A DNA stretch of 32,000 nt from Nanobdellota archaeon (GTDB taxonomy: Archaea > Nanobdellota > Nanobdellia > Tiddalikarchaeales > Tiddalikarchaeaceae). The stretch is from the NCBI GenBank assembly GCA_016931175.1, contig JAFGFH010000013.1, forward strand, positions 13,486 through 45,485, written 5' to 3'. Under the pieces are notes generated by a model. It was given only the letters and a program-made list of their open reading frames with translations. It was not told where the DNA came from and did no database searches. Positions 1-9,761 of the stretch are shown here, in pieces (within the stretch, counting starts at the first letter, position 1; each line of letters starts with the position of its first letter). A program made the position numbers and the translations under genes.

Positions 1-1
1 A

Positions 2-712
2 TTCTTCCCGGAATCAACGAATCTTGACAGCGTGAACGTTTTAAACAAGGAAGGGAAAATACTTCCTTTGGAATTAATCAATAATTATTACAAGATTACA
101 GCAACGGTTCAAGTAAGTAAAGAACTAGTTAATGAGACAATAACCTTAGACAATGTTAACTTAAGAACCGCGAATAATGAAGCGATTAATACAACTAGTT
201 TAGCCGCATTTGTTGAAGAATCCAGAGCTGAATTAAATCTTGACTCAATAGTTTACAACAATAATTATTACGACGCGAACGCGTCAATAACAATACTCGT
301 TCCTTACGCTGAGCAGAACTCAGTGATTAATATTGCACTCTTCTATGCTAGTGACGAGTCTGGTGAAATAATAAATTACCCAACTCTTGAGCAGGGAATA
401 GTCCTGCCTTACACTACTAGTTTCCCAATTAAAAGCAAAGCATCAGAGGTTAGATTCACTGCAGAACTTGAAGCTAACGAGGAGCAGACTATGAGCTTAT
501 ATTACGAATTAAACACTGAACCATTAACCAGGAGTTTTAACAGTTTAACAACTGACCAGGACAAGGTTGAAGTGCAAACAAGGAAGTCTTATTACGCTTC
601 AACTACTCCGTTAACAAGCTACCAGTCAACTAATACTTACAACGTCAGAAAGACAGTAGTAACAAGCGGTTTGAACTGCTTGATTAATTTCAAGGTGTGG
701 AACTATGAGTAG
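2..712 (+). CDS. Hypothetical surface/extracellular protein, C-terminal part; 5' end probably lies outside the window
   Basis: The frame of the 32..712 ORF stays open to the left window edge. Asn/Thr/Ser/Tyr-rich beta-type composition. Stop at 710-712 overlaps the next gene's ATG (705) by 8 nt. Confidence 0.6.
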   Translation, partial: FFPESTNLDSVNVLNKEGKILPLELINNYYKITATVQVSKELVNETITLDNVNLRTANNEAINTTSLAAFVEESRAELNLDSIVYNNNYYDANASITILVPYAEQNSVINIALFYASDESGEIINYPTLEQGIVLPYTTSFPIKSKASEVRFTAELEANEEQTMSLYYELNTEPLTRSFNSLTTDQDKVEVQTRKSYYASTTPLTSYQSTNTYNVRKTVVTSGLNCLINFKVWNYE

Positions 713-3545
713 GAAAGCCCAGTTTTTCATAATATCAGCAGTTGCGATGTCAATAGCTTTAACAGTAATACTTGGATTATTAACCGTTCCGCCAGCTTTA
801 ACATTAAGCAACCTGCAAAGCCAGTCAAGAGACTTGCACGACTTCCAGGAAACAATCTCTAACATTAAATCATTAACTAATTCATTATACGATAACTGGC
901 CACTGCAGCAGTCAAGCAGCGCAGGATTCACAATAAGGAATAATAACGGCTTAAACGCTTACAATAATGAAGTAATAGTTAAAGTCTTAGTTGACGAGTA
1001 CGCTGAGAATAACACCTTCCAACTAGTCAGCAACGGCGAATACTTGGACGCTTCATACGCGCTCATAAAACCAGGAGAGTTAATAATAAGCTTCAAAGAC
1101 TCTTTTGAGAAGGGAGAGAGCAGGAATTACAGAGTCTTTTACAACCTTGAAAGCGATGCTGAAAAAAAGCTTGTATTTCAAGAACAACGTTCAAGGTATG
1201 ATGAGACGCTTGCAGAGGTCAGGTATTACTCCCCAACTTATGAAGCAATAATAAGCAAGTCAACAGGAGTAATAACGAGTTTAGTAATTAAAGGCGACGA
1301 TATTGACTTAAGCACTGCCTTTAAAGCAAGAGTTAGAACAAGCTCTGATTACGACCAGGACAGCATGACTGCAACGGTTTCAATACTAAAGTATGAGAAT
1401 AACGTGTTAGTAGTTAACGTTTCAGGACAGATAGAGCCGAACACTTACTTAACCCAGTACTACTACTTCCAGCCTGACATTATAACACTAAGACAGGACT
1501 TCATAATAAGCTCTGCAGGAGATTATAATCTCAGCTACGTAGCAGACGTTGCAAGCTCACTTAACTCTCTTGCTTACAGAAAATACGCGAATAATTCCTT
1601 ATCACTCCCATCTGAAACAATCTTTGATTCTTACAACCACCACACTGTATACAAAACAAGTGCTGGAATAGGGTTCATCTACGAGCAGGACTCATTAGTA
1701 ACCGCGCAGACACCGTCAGGAGTTGACACTAGAATACAATTAGTTGAGAACTCTTACACTCCTAACACAATAACTCAGGAGATTATAATCATGCCTTACT
1801 TTAACAATTATAATTATTCAATAATCGCAGCTAATAATTACAACACTAACCCTTTGCAGAGTGCGAAGATTTCAAAGACTGAATACTTAACTTACGCTTC
1901 GAACCCTATAATAACATCAATGACGGGTTCATCAAGCACTTTAGTATTCCAGCAATTATTCAACGAGTCATTAAACCCTCAAATAATCGTAGCCAAGAAC
2001 GCAGCCCCTTCAATTACTCCTTTCAGCTTCACAGCCAAGAGTTTTAAAGAAAAAGACTTGAACACTCTTGAACTAAACGCGGATTACGGATTAACTACGA
2101 AGAACTACCATAACGGTTCATACACTAATTTCTACGCAGTGAACCAGGAAAATCAGGGAATAACCAGCACTGATTATGAAATGATTAACTTAAACGGTGA
2201 AGACTTCAGCCTGGGAATTAGAATGAACAGTGAAACACTAACAGATACCTTAGACATTGAAGTAGTCTCGCCTAATAATACATTAGTATTGCGGCAGACG
2301 CTGTCACCAGCAATTGCTGGAGTTTTTGAAGAGCATGACTTCACAGTTAAAGGTTACAACGTTTCAGGAGTTTACACACTAAACGTTGAAGGAGAAGATG
2401 TCGTATTCTCAATCTCAACAACACTGCCATTAATTAATATTAACGCTCCTTTCGTGTTAAACGCTACAACGGATACAGTATTATACTTTGAAGCAGGCAA
2501 TGATTATACTATAAAATGTGAGAGCTTTGACGGATTAACAAGTCAAGTAATCATCAACAACACTCACGAAGCAGTATTATCAGAGAATCTTAACTTCACA
2601 AGAACAATTAACCACACTTATTACACAACAACTCCTTACTACATGCACTTAAAGCAGGGAATAACACTAATAGACGCGAATCTAAAGTTCGGCAGCGAAG
2701 ATTACTACCTTAACCCTGACTATGAAGTTAAGTTCATAGTAGAGGATAAAGTATTGGGAAAGAATTATTACACAATAAACGCTTCAACCAGCACTACTAA
2801 CAAGACTGTTTATTACGAGAACATGACTTACTCTTTCTCAACTAATACTTTAACGAATAAGGACTATGAGTGGGACTTTGACACAGAAACATTAACATAT
2901 AAAGGCTCAAATAATTGGTTATATAATGGGGACTTCTACGCGTGCACTGGAACTTACGGTTCGTGCACAGTAGAAACAACAAGCTTCACATTTGATTCAC
3001 TAATAGAGAATACTACACTCTTCAAATCAGCAAGCTTCTCATCCAACACTATAAAACCATTAGTCAGGGTTTTTAATGCTTCAAACCTTTTCATGATAGA
3101 ATTAGAAAATCCGACAAAACTGCCTTACACCTTCGGAATCAATTACAGGATAGGAGGCGACGATGACACTTATTACAAGACTAGCTACTTAGAAGATGAG
3201 ATTAGTTTAACAAGCACGACTGTTTACTCTTCAACAATAATTAATAATACTGGCTGGAATTACATAGGCAAGAGGGATGACTCTGCCAGTACAGGACTAG
3301 TCTTCAACTCTAAAGACTTGAAACAAGGAATTAACAGCATGGTAATCAGTGATGATTACTTAAGAATAGGCTTGAATGGTTTCAGCACACACGTGTTATA
3401 CTTCTTTATAGGAGAGGATTGGACAAGCATTGAAGCAGTAGTTAACAGTTTGAACAACGCGCCAGTATGCTACGACGAAGTAATACAATACAGTTATGAT
3501 TATTACAGCGAGAACTTGGACAGCAGTGCAGTAATAATTGGTTAA
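705..3545 (+). CDS. Large (946 aa) secreted/surface protein with pilin-like N-terminal hydrophobic segment
   Basis: N-terminus MSRKAQFFIISAVAMSIALTVILGLL is a short basic stretch plus TM helix. The rest is Asn/Thr/Ser/Tyr-rich and beta-rich. Confidence 0.75.
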   Translation: MSRKAQFFIISAVAMSIALTVILGLLTVPPALTLSNLQSQSRDLHDFQETISNIKSLTNSLYDNWPLQQSSSAGFTIRNNNGLNAYNNEVIVKVLVDEYAENNTFQLVSNGEYLDASYALIKPGELIISFKDSFEKGESRNYRVFYNLESDAEKKLVFQEQRSRYDETLAEVRYYSPTYEAIISKSTGVITSLVIKGDDIDLSTAFKARVRTSSDYDQDSMTATVSILKYENNVLVVNVSGQIEPNTYLTQYYYFQPDIITLRQDFIISSAGDYNLSYVADVASSLNSLAYRKYANNSLSLPSETIFDSYNHHTVYKTSAGIGFIYEQDSLVTAQTPSGVDTRIQLVENSYTPNTITQEIIIMPYFNNYNYSIIAANNYNTNPLQSAKISKTEYLTYASNPIITSMTGSSSTLVFQQLFNESLNPQIIVAKNAAPSITPFSFTAKSFKEKDLNTLELNADYGLTTKNYHNGSYTNFYAVNQENQGITSTDYEMINLNGEDFSLGIRMNSETLTDTLDIEVVSPNNTLVLRQTLSPAIAGVFEEHDFTVKGYNVSGVYTLNVEGEDVVFSISTTLPLININAPFVLNATTDTVLYFEAGNDYTIKCESFDGLTSQVIINNTHEAVLSENLNFTRTINHTYYTTTPYYMHLKQGITLIDANLKFGSEDYYLNPDYEVKFIVEDKVLGKNYYTINASTSTTNKTVYYENMTYSFSTNTLTNKDYEWDFDTETLTYKGSNNWLYNGDFYACTGTYGSCTVETTSFTFDSLIENTTLFKSASFSSNTIKPLVRVFNASNLFMIELENPTKLPYTFGINYRIGGDDDTYYKTSYLEDEISLTSTTVYSSTIINNTGWNYIGKRDDSASTGLVFNSKDLKQGINSMVISDDYLRIGLNGFSTHVLYFFIGEDWTSIEAVVNSLNNAPVCYDEVIQYSYDYYSENLDSSAVIIG

Positions 3546-4666
3546 GCTTCCCTGCTCTGCCATATTTTGTAAAAACGGCTGTACTCTCTTAATGCTTTCT
3601 TCTTGCTGCAATGGCATTCTCTGCTAATCTCTTCAGCTAATAATTTAAGCTCATCCCTTGCCTTCCTAGTAGCGCCAAGCTTTTTTATCTCGTAAGGAGG
3701 AACATCATACTTGCTCCACTTCTTATACATTTCATCCTTGCTCAACCCTATTCCTAGTGAGCAGAAAAGCCTGGCATAGACGTAGCTCATCCTCCAATCC
3801 ATTCTCCTATAAGCTCTAGCGTTGAAGACCATTGCTTTGCTGAACCAGTCATAAGCTTCCCTGACCTCATGAGGCTTCTCGTACTCGTTAATAATATTCT
3901 CACCAATCGCTAACTCAGCGTATTCCAAGTCGCTGAAGTCAGAGAGTGAATCCTTCAAGGAGTCAACACTGCGAGACTTAAACACTGCCTTTAACACGTC
4001 AAAGATGTTCGTCTCCTTAATTCTCTCGTACAAGTTGTCAACGTCACTGTCACTGTTAATATTCTGCAAGTCATTAAACGCGCTTCTAACATCACCCTGC
4101 GCCATACTCGCGAGCTTCTTAAAACTCGCAGTTGTTAACTCTTTACCCTCGCTCTCGCAAACCATTTTAATAAGTTTGTAAACATCCCAGTAACTTCTGC
4201 GCTTATACTTAATTACAGTCGCACTAGTCTTAAGAGAGGATATCCTCTTGCTGTACTCGTCATTAGCAGTCATGATTATGGGAAAACGCGTCTCTTTAAT
4301 GATTGAATTAATCTCCTTAACTCCTCCCCTGTCAAGGTTGCCGTGCAAACCGTCAACTTCGTCAATCAGGATTATCTTCGGCTTCGCGAACAGCGTTGCC
4401 TGCTTGCTGGCGTTGCCAACAATATTCTTAACATTCTCAGCATTGCGTTTGTCGCTCGCGTTAACCTCAATCACTTCGTAACCCTTGGTTTCAGCAATAG
4501 CGTAGACGCTGCTCGTCTTACCGCTCCCCTCAGGCCCTACTAATAATAACGCCTTCTTCTTAACCTTGTCAAACTTTTCTAAGAACTCATTAATCTTTGA
4601 AACGTTCTCATCCAAACCTATTAATTCACCAACTGCTCTCGGCGAGTACTTGTCAACGAAGTTCAT
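3542..4666 (-). CDS. rfcL: Replication factor C large subunit (archaeal RfcL)
   Basis: MNFVDKYSPRAVGELIGLDENV..., Walker A GPEGSGKTSSVYAIA, Walker B IILIDEVDGL, adjacent to RfcS. Confidence 0.95.
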   Translation of the reverse strand: MNFVDKYSPRAVGELIGLDENVSKINEFLEKFDKVKKKALLLVGPEGSGKTSSVYAIAETKGYEVIEVNASDKRNAENVKNIVGNASKQATLFAKPKIILIDEVDGLHGNLDRGGVKEINSIIKETRFPIIMTANDEYSKRISSLKTSATVIKYKRRSYWDVYKLIKMVCESEGKELTTASFKKLASMAQGDVRSAFNDLQNINSDSDVDNLYERIKETNIFDVLKAVFKSRSVDSLKDSLSDFSDLEYAELAIGENIINEYEKPHEVREAYDWFSKAMVFNARAYRRMDWRMSYVYARLFCSLGIGLSKDEMYKKWSKYDVPPYEIKKLGATRKARDELKLLAEEISRECHCSKKKALREYSRFYKIWQSREA

Positions 4667-4668
4667 TA

Positions 4669-5616
4669 TTATTCAACCTTGAAAAACTGAGCAAGAAGAC
4701 TTTCTAACTGCACGAATTCGTCGCTGCCTTCAACCATTCTGAACTCGAACTCTCCAACTAATCCTATGAGTTTAATCTTAGTCTTCGCGCTGATACTCTC
4801 CAAATTAAGTATCTCATTCTGTATCTGCTTGATAACATCCAACCCGCTCAAACCGTACTTTGCGATAGTGTCAAATAATAAATCCCTCGCCTGCACGAAT
4901 TCTCCTTTAATGCTTAACTCCAAGCACTCGCGTATCTCCTTAGGACGAGCCATGCTTGATACTTCATAAACGAGTTCAAGAGTAACCTTGTCACCTAATA
5001 CGCTGCAAGACTGCAGTATGTTTATCGCCTTCCTCATATCCCCGCTGCTTATCTCGTAAATTTCTTCAAGAACGTTATCAGATACCTTAATCTTCTCAGC
5101 CTCGCTTATTTTCTTCAAATAATCTGCAACCTCTTTCTTGCTTAATGATTGGAACCTGAACAACACGCACCTTGACTGGATAGGGTCAATAATCTTGCTA
5201 GGATAATTGCAGTCAAGTATGAACCTGCAGCTGCTGCTGAACTTCTCCATCGTCCTCCTCAAAGCCTGCTGGGCATCTCTTGTTAACGCGTCACTCTCGC
5301 CGAGGAAGATTATCTTGAAAGGAGCATCACCTAATGCTTTTGAGCGCGCGAAGTCCTTAACCTTGACGCGGATAGTGTCAATTCCGCGCTCATCACTCGC
5401 GTTTAATTCCAAGAAGTTCTGCTTAATATTGTCGCCGAACAAGTCACCGGCGAGCGCTAAAGCGCAGGTAGTCTTGCCAGTACCGGCTGGTCCTGCGAAT
5501 AACATGTGAGGCATGCTGTCATCCTTAGCAAAGGCTACAAGCCTCTTAACAATATTCTCCTGGCCAACAACGTCCTTTAAACGCTTAGGCCTGTACTTCT
5601 CAGTCCAAACCTGCAT
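4669..5616 (-). CDS. rfcS: Replication factor C small subunit
   Basis: MQVWTEKYRPKRLKDVVGQENIV, GPAGTGKTTCALALA, IIFLGESDALTRDAQQALRRTME, SRC-type motif CNYPSKIIDPIQSRC. Confidence 0.97.
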   Translation of the reverse strand: MQVWTEKYRPKRLKDVVGQENIVKRLVAFAKDDSMPHMLFAGPAGTGKTTCALALAGDLFGDNIKQNFLELNASDERGIDTIRVKVKDFARSKALGDAPFKIIFLGESDALTRDAQQALRRTMEKFSSSCRFILDCNYPSKIIDPIQSRCVLFRFQSLSKKEVADYLKKISEAEKIKVSDNVLEEIYEISSGDMRKAINILQSCSVLGDKVTLELVYEVSSMARPKEIRECLELSIKGEFVQARDLLFDTIAKYGLSGLDVIKQIQNEILNLESISAKTKIKLIGLVGEFEFRMVEGSDEFVQLESLLAQFFKVE

Positions 5617-5651
5617 AGTAAGATATTACGAATAAGTGCTTGCTTAAATAA

Positions 5652-5939
5652 TTATTCTACCAGACAATACTTTCTAAGCTTTTTAATAATAGTCTTAACA
5701 TCCTCTGTTAATATTTTATTATCTATCTTAGTCTCTAATTCAGGATTATTCTCTTTCAAGAACTTAATAAGCTCTTTAGCCACCTCGTCCTCATTTTTCT
5801 TGCCGTCGCATAATAACCAAACGTTTAAGTGAAGCATGTCAAGTTTGTAAAACTTCTTCTCCTCCTGGTTAGCAATGCCTACGTCGTCACCGTTCTTTGC
5901 AGGAACCAGTCCTTTAACCTGCTTAGGATTAGCAGCCAT
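5652..5939 (-). CDS. Small PqqD-like/winged-helix protein of unknown function
   Basis: 95 aa; LHLNVWLLCDGKKNEDEVAKELIKFL resembles the PqqD core pattern (L-x-x-V-W-x-L-x-D-G-x-x-T/N-x-x-E/D-I/V). Confidence 0.5.
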   Translation of the reverse strand: MAANPKQVKGLVPAKNGDDVGIANQEEKKFYKLDMLHLNVWLLCDGKKNEDEVAKELIKFLKENNPELETKIDNKILTEDVKTIIKKLRKYCLVE

Positions 5940-5957
5940 AAACTATTATTCTTTATA

Positions 5958-5975
5958 AAACATTTATAAATGTTT
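5958..5975. promoter_or_regulatory. Perfect 18-bp palindrome centred on TTTATAAA in the tbp / PqqD-like divergent intergenic region
   Basis: Sequence aaacatttataaatgttt is its own reverse complement; the TATA core lies ~25-30 nt upstream of the likely tbp ATG (5995). Confidence 0.7.
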
Positions 5976-5994
5976 GCTTATTTATTTAATGTTT

Positions 5995-6540
5995 ATGAGC
6001 GTGACGAGTTATACTATCCAGAACGTTGTGGCAAGCGCTTCCTTATTCGTGGACATACCATTGGAGAAGGTGGCGACTAAACTGGCAAACACGGAGTATA
6101 ATCCTGAACAGTTCCCAGGACTCGTTTTAAGACTAACCAGCTTGAAGATAACAGCTTTAGTCTTCTCCAGCGGCAAAATCGTTGTTACCGGAGTAAAAAG
6201 CGAGGAAGGCGTTCCAAGCGCTGTAAAATCGATTCAGAAGGAATTGGCAAAGGCAGACATAAAGTGCACAAAGAAGCCTGAGATGCGCGTTGAGAACATG
6301 GTAGCTTCAGGAGATATTGGCTTAAAGCTTAATCTTACAGATTTAGCGTTTAACCTGCCAACTGCAGAGTACGAGCCTGAACAGTTCCCAGGATTAGTGT
6401 ATAAAGTGCCAGGATGGCATATAACCTTCTTACTATTCAGCACAGGTAAGATTGTCTGCACAGGAGCAAAGAACGAAGGAGAGATAAAGAAAAGCGTTAA
6501 AGACCTGAGAAAAACCCTTCTAGAACTTAAAAAGAAGTAA
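5995..6540 (+). CDS. tbp: TATA-box binding protein
   Basis: Two TBP repeats: IQNVVASASLFVDIPLEKVATKLANTEYNPEQFPGLVLRL...FSSGKIVVTG and VENMVASGDIG...TAEYEPEQFPGLVYKV...FSTGKIVCTG. The ORF track begins at a TTG at 5974; ATG 5995 (MSVTSY) is the more likely start given the TATA position. Confidence 0.97.
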   Translation: MSVTSYTIQNVVASASLFVDIPLEKVATKLANTEYNPEQFPGLVLRLTSLKITALVFSSGKIVVTGVKSEEGVPSAVKSIQKELAKADIKCTKKPEMRVENMVASGDIGLKLNLTDLAFNLPTAEYEPEQFPGLVYKVPGWHITFLLFSTGKIVCTGAKNEGEIKKSVKDLRKTLLELKKK

Positions 6541-6622
6541 TACTCCTGATTTTCTTATTCTTTATATATATTAGACTAGACGAATACTTTTATTAATAAA
6601 GGAATTTATCAATCTTGATATT

Positions 6623-8662
6623 ATGGAATCCTACGATGAGTCAGAGATTAAAGAGAAATTCTTCCATTTTATTAAAAGCGAGTACAGTGCTGAACTCAGC
6701 AAGGCAGTAACGCAGGGAAGCAAGAGTTTAGTCATAGACTTCCAGAAACTTGACTCGTTCGACCAGGAATTAACAGAGGTTTTAGGAGAAAAACCCCACG
6801 AGTTAATTGTTTTATTTGAGAAAACACTTGAAGAGTACGAGGACACCCTGCCTAACAAGTTATACATACGCTTCTTTAACCTGCCGAAGAGTTTCGAGGT
6901 TAAGATTAGGGATATTAGAAGCAAGCACTTAGGCAAGATGATATACACTGAAGGCATAGTGAGGCAGGCGAGTTCAGTAAGACCAATGTGCACTCTCATA
7001 ACTTACAAGTGCTTGAACTGTGATTCAAAGTTTGACGAGAAACAGGACGTTACAGTAATAGTAGTGCCTAACAAGTGCCCTAACTGCGGGAAGCGAGGAC
7101 CTTTCGAAGCGAAAGAGCATAAACTAGTTGATACTCAAAGATTAGTGCTTGAAGAGTCAAGCGAGTCACTCGAAGGAGGAGGCCAGCCCATGAGATTGAA
7201 CATATTCTTAAGAAACGACTTGGTTGATCCGACAATAGTTAAGAGAACAACTCCAGGCAGCAAGATTAGAGTTATGGGAGTAATATACGAGTTTGCCAAG
7301 TCGCTCGCTTACTCTAAGAATAAGAGTGTAATGTATGACATAGTATTAGAGAGCAACTACGTTGAGGGTATAGAGCAGGAGTACGAGGATATTGAAGTAA
7401 CTGATGAGGACATCAGGCAGATAGAACTGCTAGCGAGCGATCCTGAAGTTTATGACAAACTAGTGCGTTCAGTCTCGCCAAATATAAGGGGGAAGAACAA
7501 GATTAAGGAAGCAATGGTTTTGCAGATGTTCGGCGGTGTTAGGAAAGCTAACAAGGACGGCACTAAGGGAAGAGGGGATATTCACATGCTCTTAATAGGA
7601 GACCCGGGTACGGGTAAGAGCCAATTGGTTAAGAGCATGAGTTCAATAGCTCCTAAGGCTCGTTTCGTAAGCGGAAAAGGAGCAACAGGAGCAGGCCTTA
7701 CAGCTACAGTAGTAAAGGATGAAGTTTTGAAGGGCTGGGCGTTGGAAGCAGGAGCACTAGTATTAGCCAATAAGGGAATACTATGCATTGATGAGATTGA
7801 CAAGATGAGTCCTGAAGACCGTTCAGCAATGCACGAGGCTATGGAGCAGCAAACGATTAGCATAAGCAAAGCTAATGTTCAAGCCACACTGAACTGCCAG
7901 ACTTCAATAATCGCTGCAGCGAATCCTAAATACGGCAGGTTTGACCAGTACAAGCCAATCGCTGACCAGATAGACATGCCGGTAACACTGTTAAGCCGTT
8001 TTGACTTAATCTTCCCAATAAGGGATATTCCTGACAAGGAAGAGGACACTAAGTTAGCAAATCACATACTTAAGGGCCACCAGAACAGTGACATTTACAC
8101 TCCACTAATTCCTCCAGAGATTATACGAAAATACGTTTCTTACGCGAGGCAGAATATAAACCCAGTATTATCAGACAGTGCTGCTGAAGAGATACAAAAC
8201 TTCTTCGTTAAACTAAGAAACAAGGATGTTATTGGGGAATCAGATGTTAAACCTGTTCCGTTAACGCCGAGGCAGTTAGAAGCATTGGTTAGATTGTCCG
8301 AGGCGAGCGCGAGAGTCAGATTAAGCAAGAAGGTTACGAAACAGGACGCGAAGAGAGCGATTAATTTAATGAAATTATACCTTATGAGGCTGGGAATGGA
8401 CCCTGACACTGGAGAGTTGGACATTGACAGAGTAGTATCCGGCACATCTACGAGCCAGAGGAGTAAACTTTATCAAATGATAGACTTATTAAAAGAGTTA
8501 GAGAAGAGTTTTGGGAAAGACTTGCCGCTTAATGAGGTAATGATTGAGGCCAAGAATCAGGGAATTGAAGAGAACAAGGCTGAAGAGATTATTGAAAAGA
8601 TGAAGAGGAGCGGTGAATTATTCGAACCAAGACACGGCGTAATAAGGAGAACGAACAAATGA
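6623..8662 (+). CDS. mcm: Minichromosome maintenance replicative helicase
   Basis: GDPGTGKSQLVK Walker A, LCIDEIDKM Walker B, AAANPKYGRFD sensor I, LLSRFDLIFPI arginine finger, four-Cys zinc motif in the N-terminal domain. No intein. Confidence 0.98.
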   Translation: MESYDESEIKEKFFHFIKSEYSAELSKAVTQGSKSLVIDFQKLDSFDQELTEVLGEKPHELIVLFEKTLEEYEDTLPNKLYIRFFNLPKSFEVKIRDIRSKHLGKMIYTEGIVRQASSVRPMCTLITYKCLNCDSKFDEKQDVTVIVVPNKCPNCGKRGPFEAKEHKLVDTQRLVLEESSESLEGGGQPMRLNIFLRNDLVDPTIVKRTTPGSKIRVMGVIYEFAKSLAYSKNKSVMYDIVLESNYVEGIEQEYEDIEVTDEDIRQIELLASDPEVYDKLVRSVSPNIRGKNKIKEAMVLQMFGGVRKANKDGTKGRGDIHMLLIGDPGTGKSQLVKSMSSIAPKARFVSGKGATGAGLTATVVKDEVLKGWALEAGALVLANKGILCIDEIDKMSPEDRSAMHEAMEQQTISISKANVQATLNCQTSIIAAANPKYGRFDQYKPIADQIDMPVTLLSRFDLIFPIRDIPDKEEDTKLANHILKGHQNSDIYTPLIPPEIIRKYVSYARQNINPVLSDSAAEEIQNFFVKLRNKDVIGESDVKPVPLTPRQLEALVRLSEASARVRLSKKVTKQDAKRAINLMKLYLMRLGMDPDTGELDIDRVVSGTSTSQRSKLYQMIDLLKELEKSFGKDLPLNEVMIEAKNQGIEENKAEEIIEKMKRSGELFEPRHGVIRRTNK

Positions 8663-9348
8663 GCGAGGATAATAAGGACTTTAAGAGATTAACAGCTTTC
8701 AGAACAAGCCTTAACACTGTAAACATTGCTAATTACGTGCCTGTGGATAAGGGAGCGGATTACTTGGAAGTGAACAAGTTAAAGGTGAGCAGGGTTAGAG
8801 TGGTAGGAACTGTTGTGAGCAAGACTGTTGCAGAAGACAGGAGTTACGCATTCTTAACAATTGATGACAGCACTGATACTTTATCCCTTGCGAGCAGCAA
8901 GAACTTCAACACTGGAGAAACGAACGTTGAATTAATTGAGAAACCGGTTATTGGAGACATAGTTGAAGTAATAGGAAGAGTTAACGAGTGGGAGGGCAAG
9001 AGGAAGGTTAACTGCGAAACCTTGAAGATAATAAAAGACCCTAACCACTGGTTATACCACAAGGTTGAACTCTTACTTTCAGGAGAAAAAGTTGAAAGGA
9101 TTGAAGAGAAGAAAGAGAAAGGCATAAGCACTGGAGTAGAGGCTGAGAAGGCAGAGAGTGAGAGCGAGGAAGACATGATTATGAGAATAATAAAAGATAA
9201 TGACATAGGCAAAGGGACAAACATTTCATTAATAGTAAAACAGTCAAACTTGTCCCAAAAGAAGGTTGAAGACGTTTTGAAAACGCTGTTAATAGACGGT
9301 TTAATTTACGAACCTTCAAAGCATAGTTATAAAATACTGGACGTGTGA
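8659..9348 (+). CDS. RPA32-like single-stranded DNA-binding protein (OB fold plus C-terminal winged helix)
   Basis: KVSRVRVVGTVVSKTVAEDRSYAFLTIDDSTDTLSL...GDIVEVIGRVNEWEGKRKVNCETLKII OB fold; C-terminal MRIIKDNDIGKG...VEDVLKTLLIDGLIYEP. Overlaps the mcm stop by 4 nt. Confidence 0.8.
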   Translation: MSEDNKDFKRLTAFRTSLNTVNIANYVPVDKGADYLEVNKLKVSRVRVVGTVVSKTVAEDRSYAFLTIDDSTDTLSLASSKNFNTGETNVELIEKPVIGDIVEVIGRVNEWEGKRKVNCETLKIIKDPNHWLYHKVELLLSGEKVERIEEKKEKGISTGVEAEKAESESEEDMIMRIIKDNDIGKGTNISLIVKQSNLSQKKVEDVLKTLLIDGLIYEPSKHSYKILDV

Positions 9349-9761
9349 TAATAGTAATGATGGATTATGATAGTTTAATTAAAAGAGCGGAAGAGTTAAT
9401 GCCTGAGAAGGGAAAAGAGCATAAACGCTTCGAGGTTCCTAAGATTAAAGGAAGGATTCAGGGAAAAAAGACTATAATAAGCAACATGAAGGCAATAACG
9501 GATTACATTGACAGGCCTGAAGAAATGGTGTTTAAGTTCCTGCTTAAAGAATTAGCCACTAAAGGAGTTAAGGAAGGCAGTTTCTACGTCTTTAACGGAA
9601 AATTCGGAGCCACTCAAATAAATGAGAAGATTGACAAGTTCGTAAACGAGTTCGTTAACTGCAGGGAGTGCGCTAAACCAGACACTAAACTAAGCAAACA
9701 GGACAGGATAATGTTCATTAAATGCATGGCTTGCGGAGCAAAGTACCCGGTAAGGAAATGA
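9345..9761 (+). CDS. eif2b: Translation initiation factor aIF2 subunit beta
   Basis: RFEVPKIKGRIQGKKTIISNMKAITDYIDRPEEMVFKFLLKELATKG and C-terminal zinc ribbon CRECAKPDTKL...CMACGAKYPVRK. The start may instead be ATG 9357 or 9360. Confidence 0.95.
   Translation: MIIVMMDYDSLIKRAEELMPEKGKEHKRFEVPKIKGRIQGKKTIISNMKAITDYIDRPEEMVFKFLLKELATKGVKEGSFYVFNGKFGATQINEKIDKFVNEFVNCRECAKPDTKLSKQDRIMFIKCMACGAKYPVRK

Noticed and set aside
7582-8445. Minus-strand ORFs of 95 and 101 aa inside mcm
   Set aside because: Antisense to conserved MCM catalytic motifs; same pattern as the other shadow ORFs within rfc, infB, pyk and trxB.
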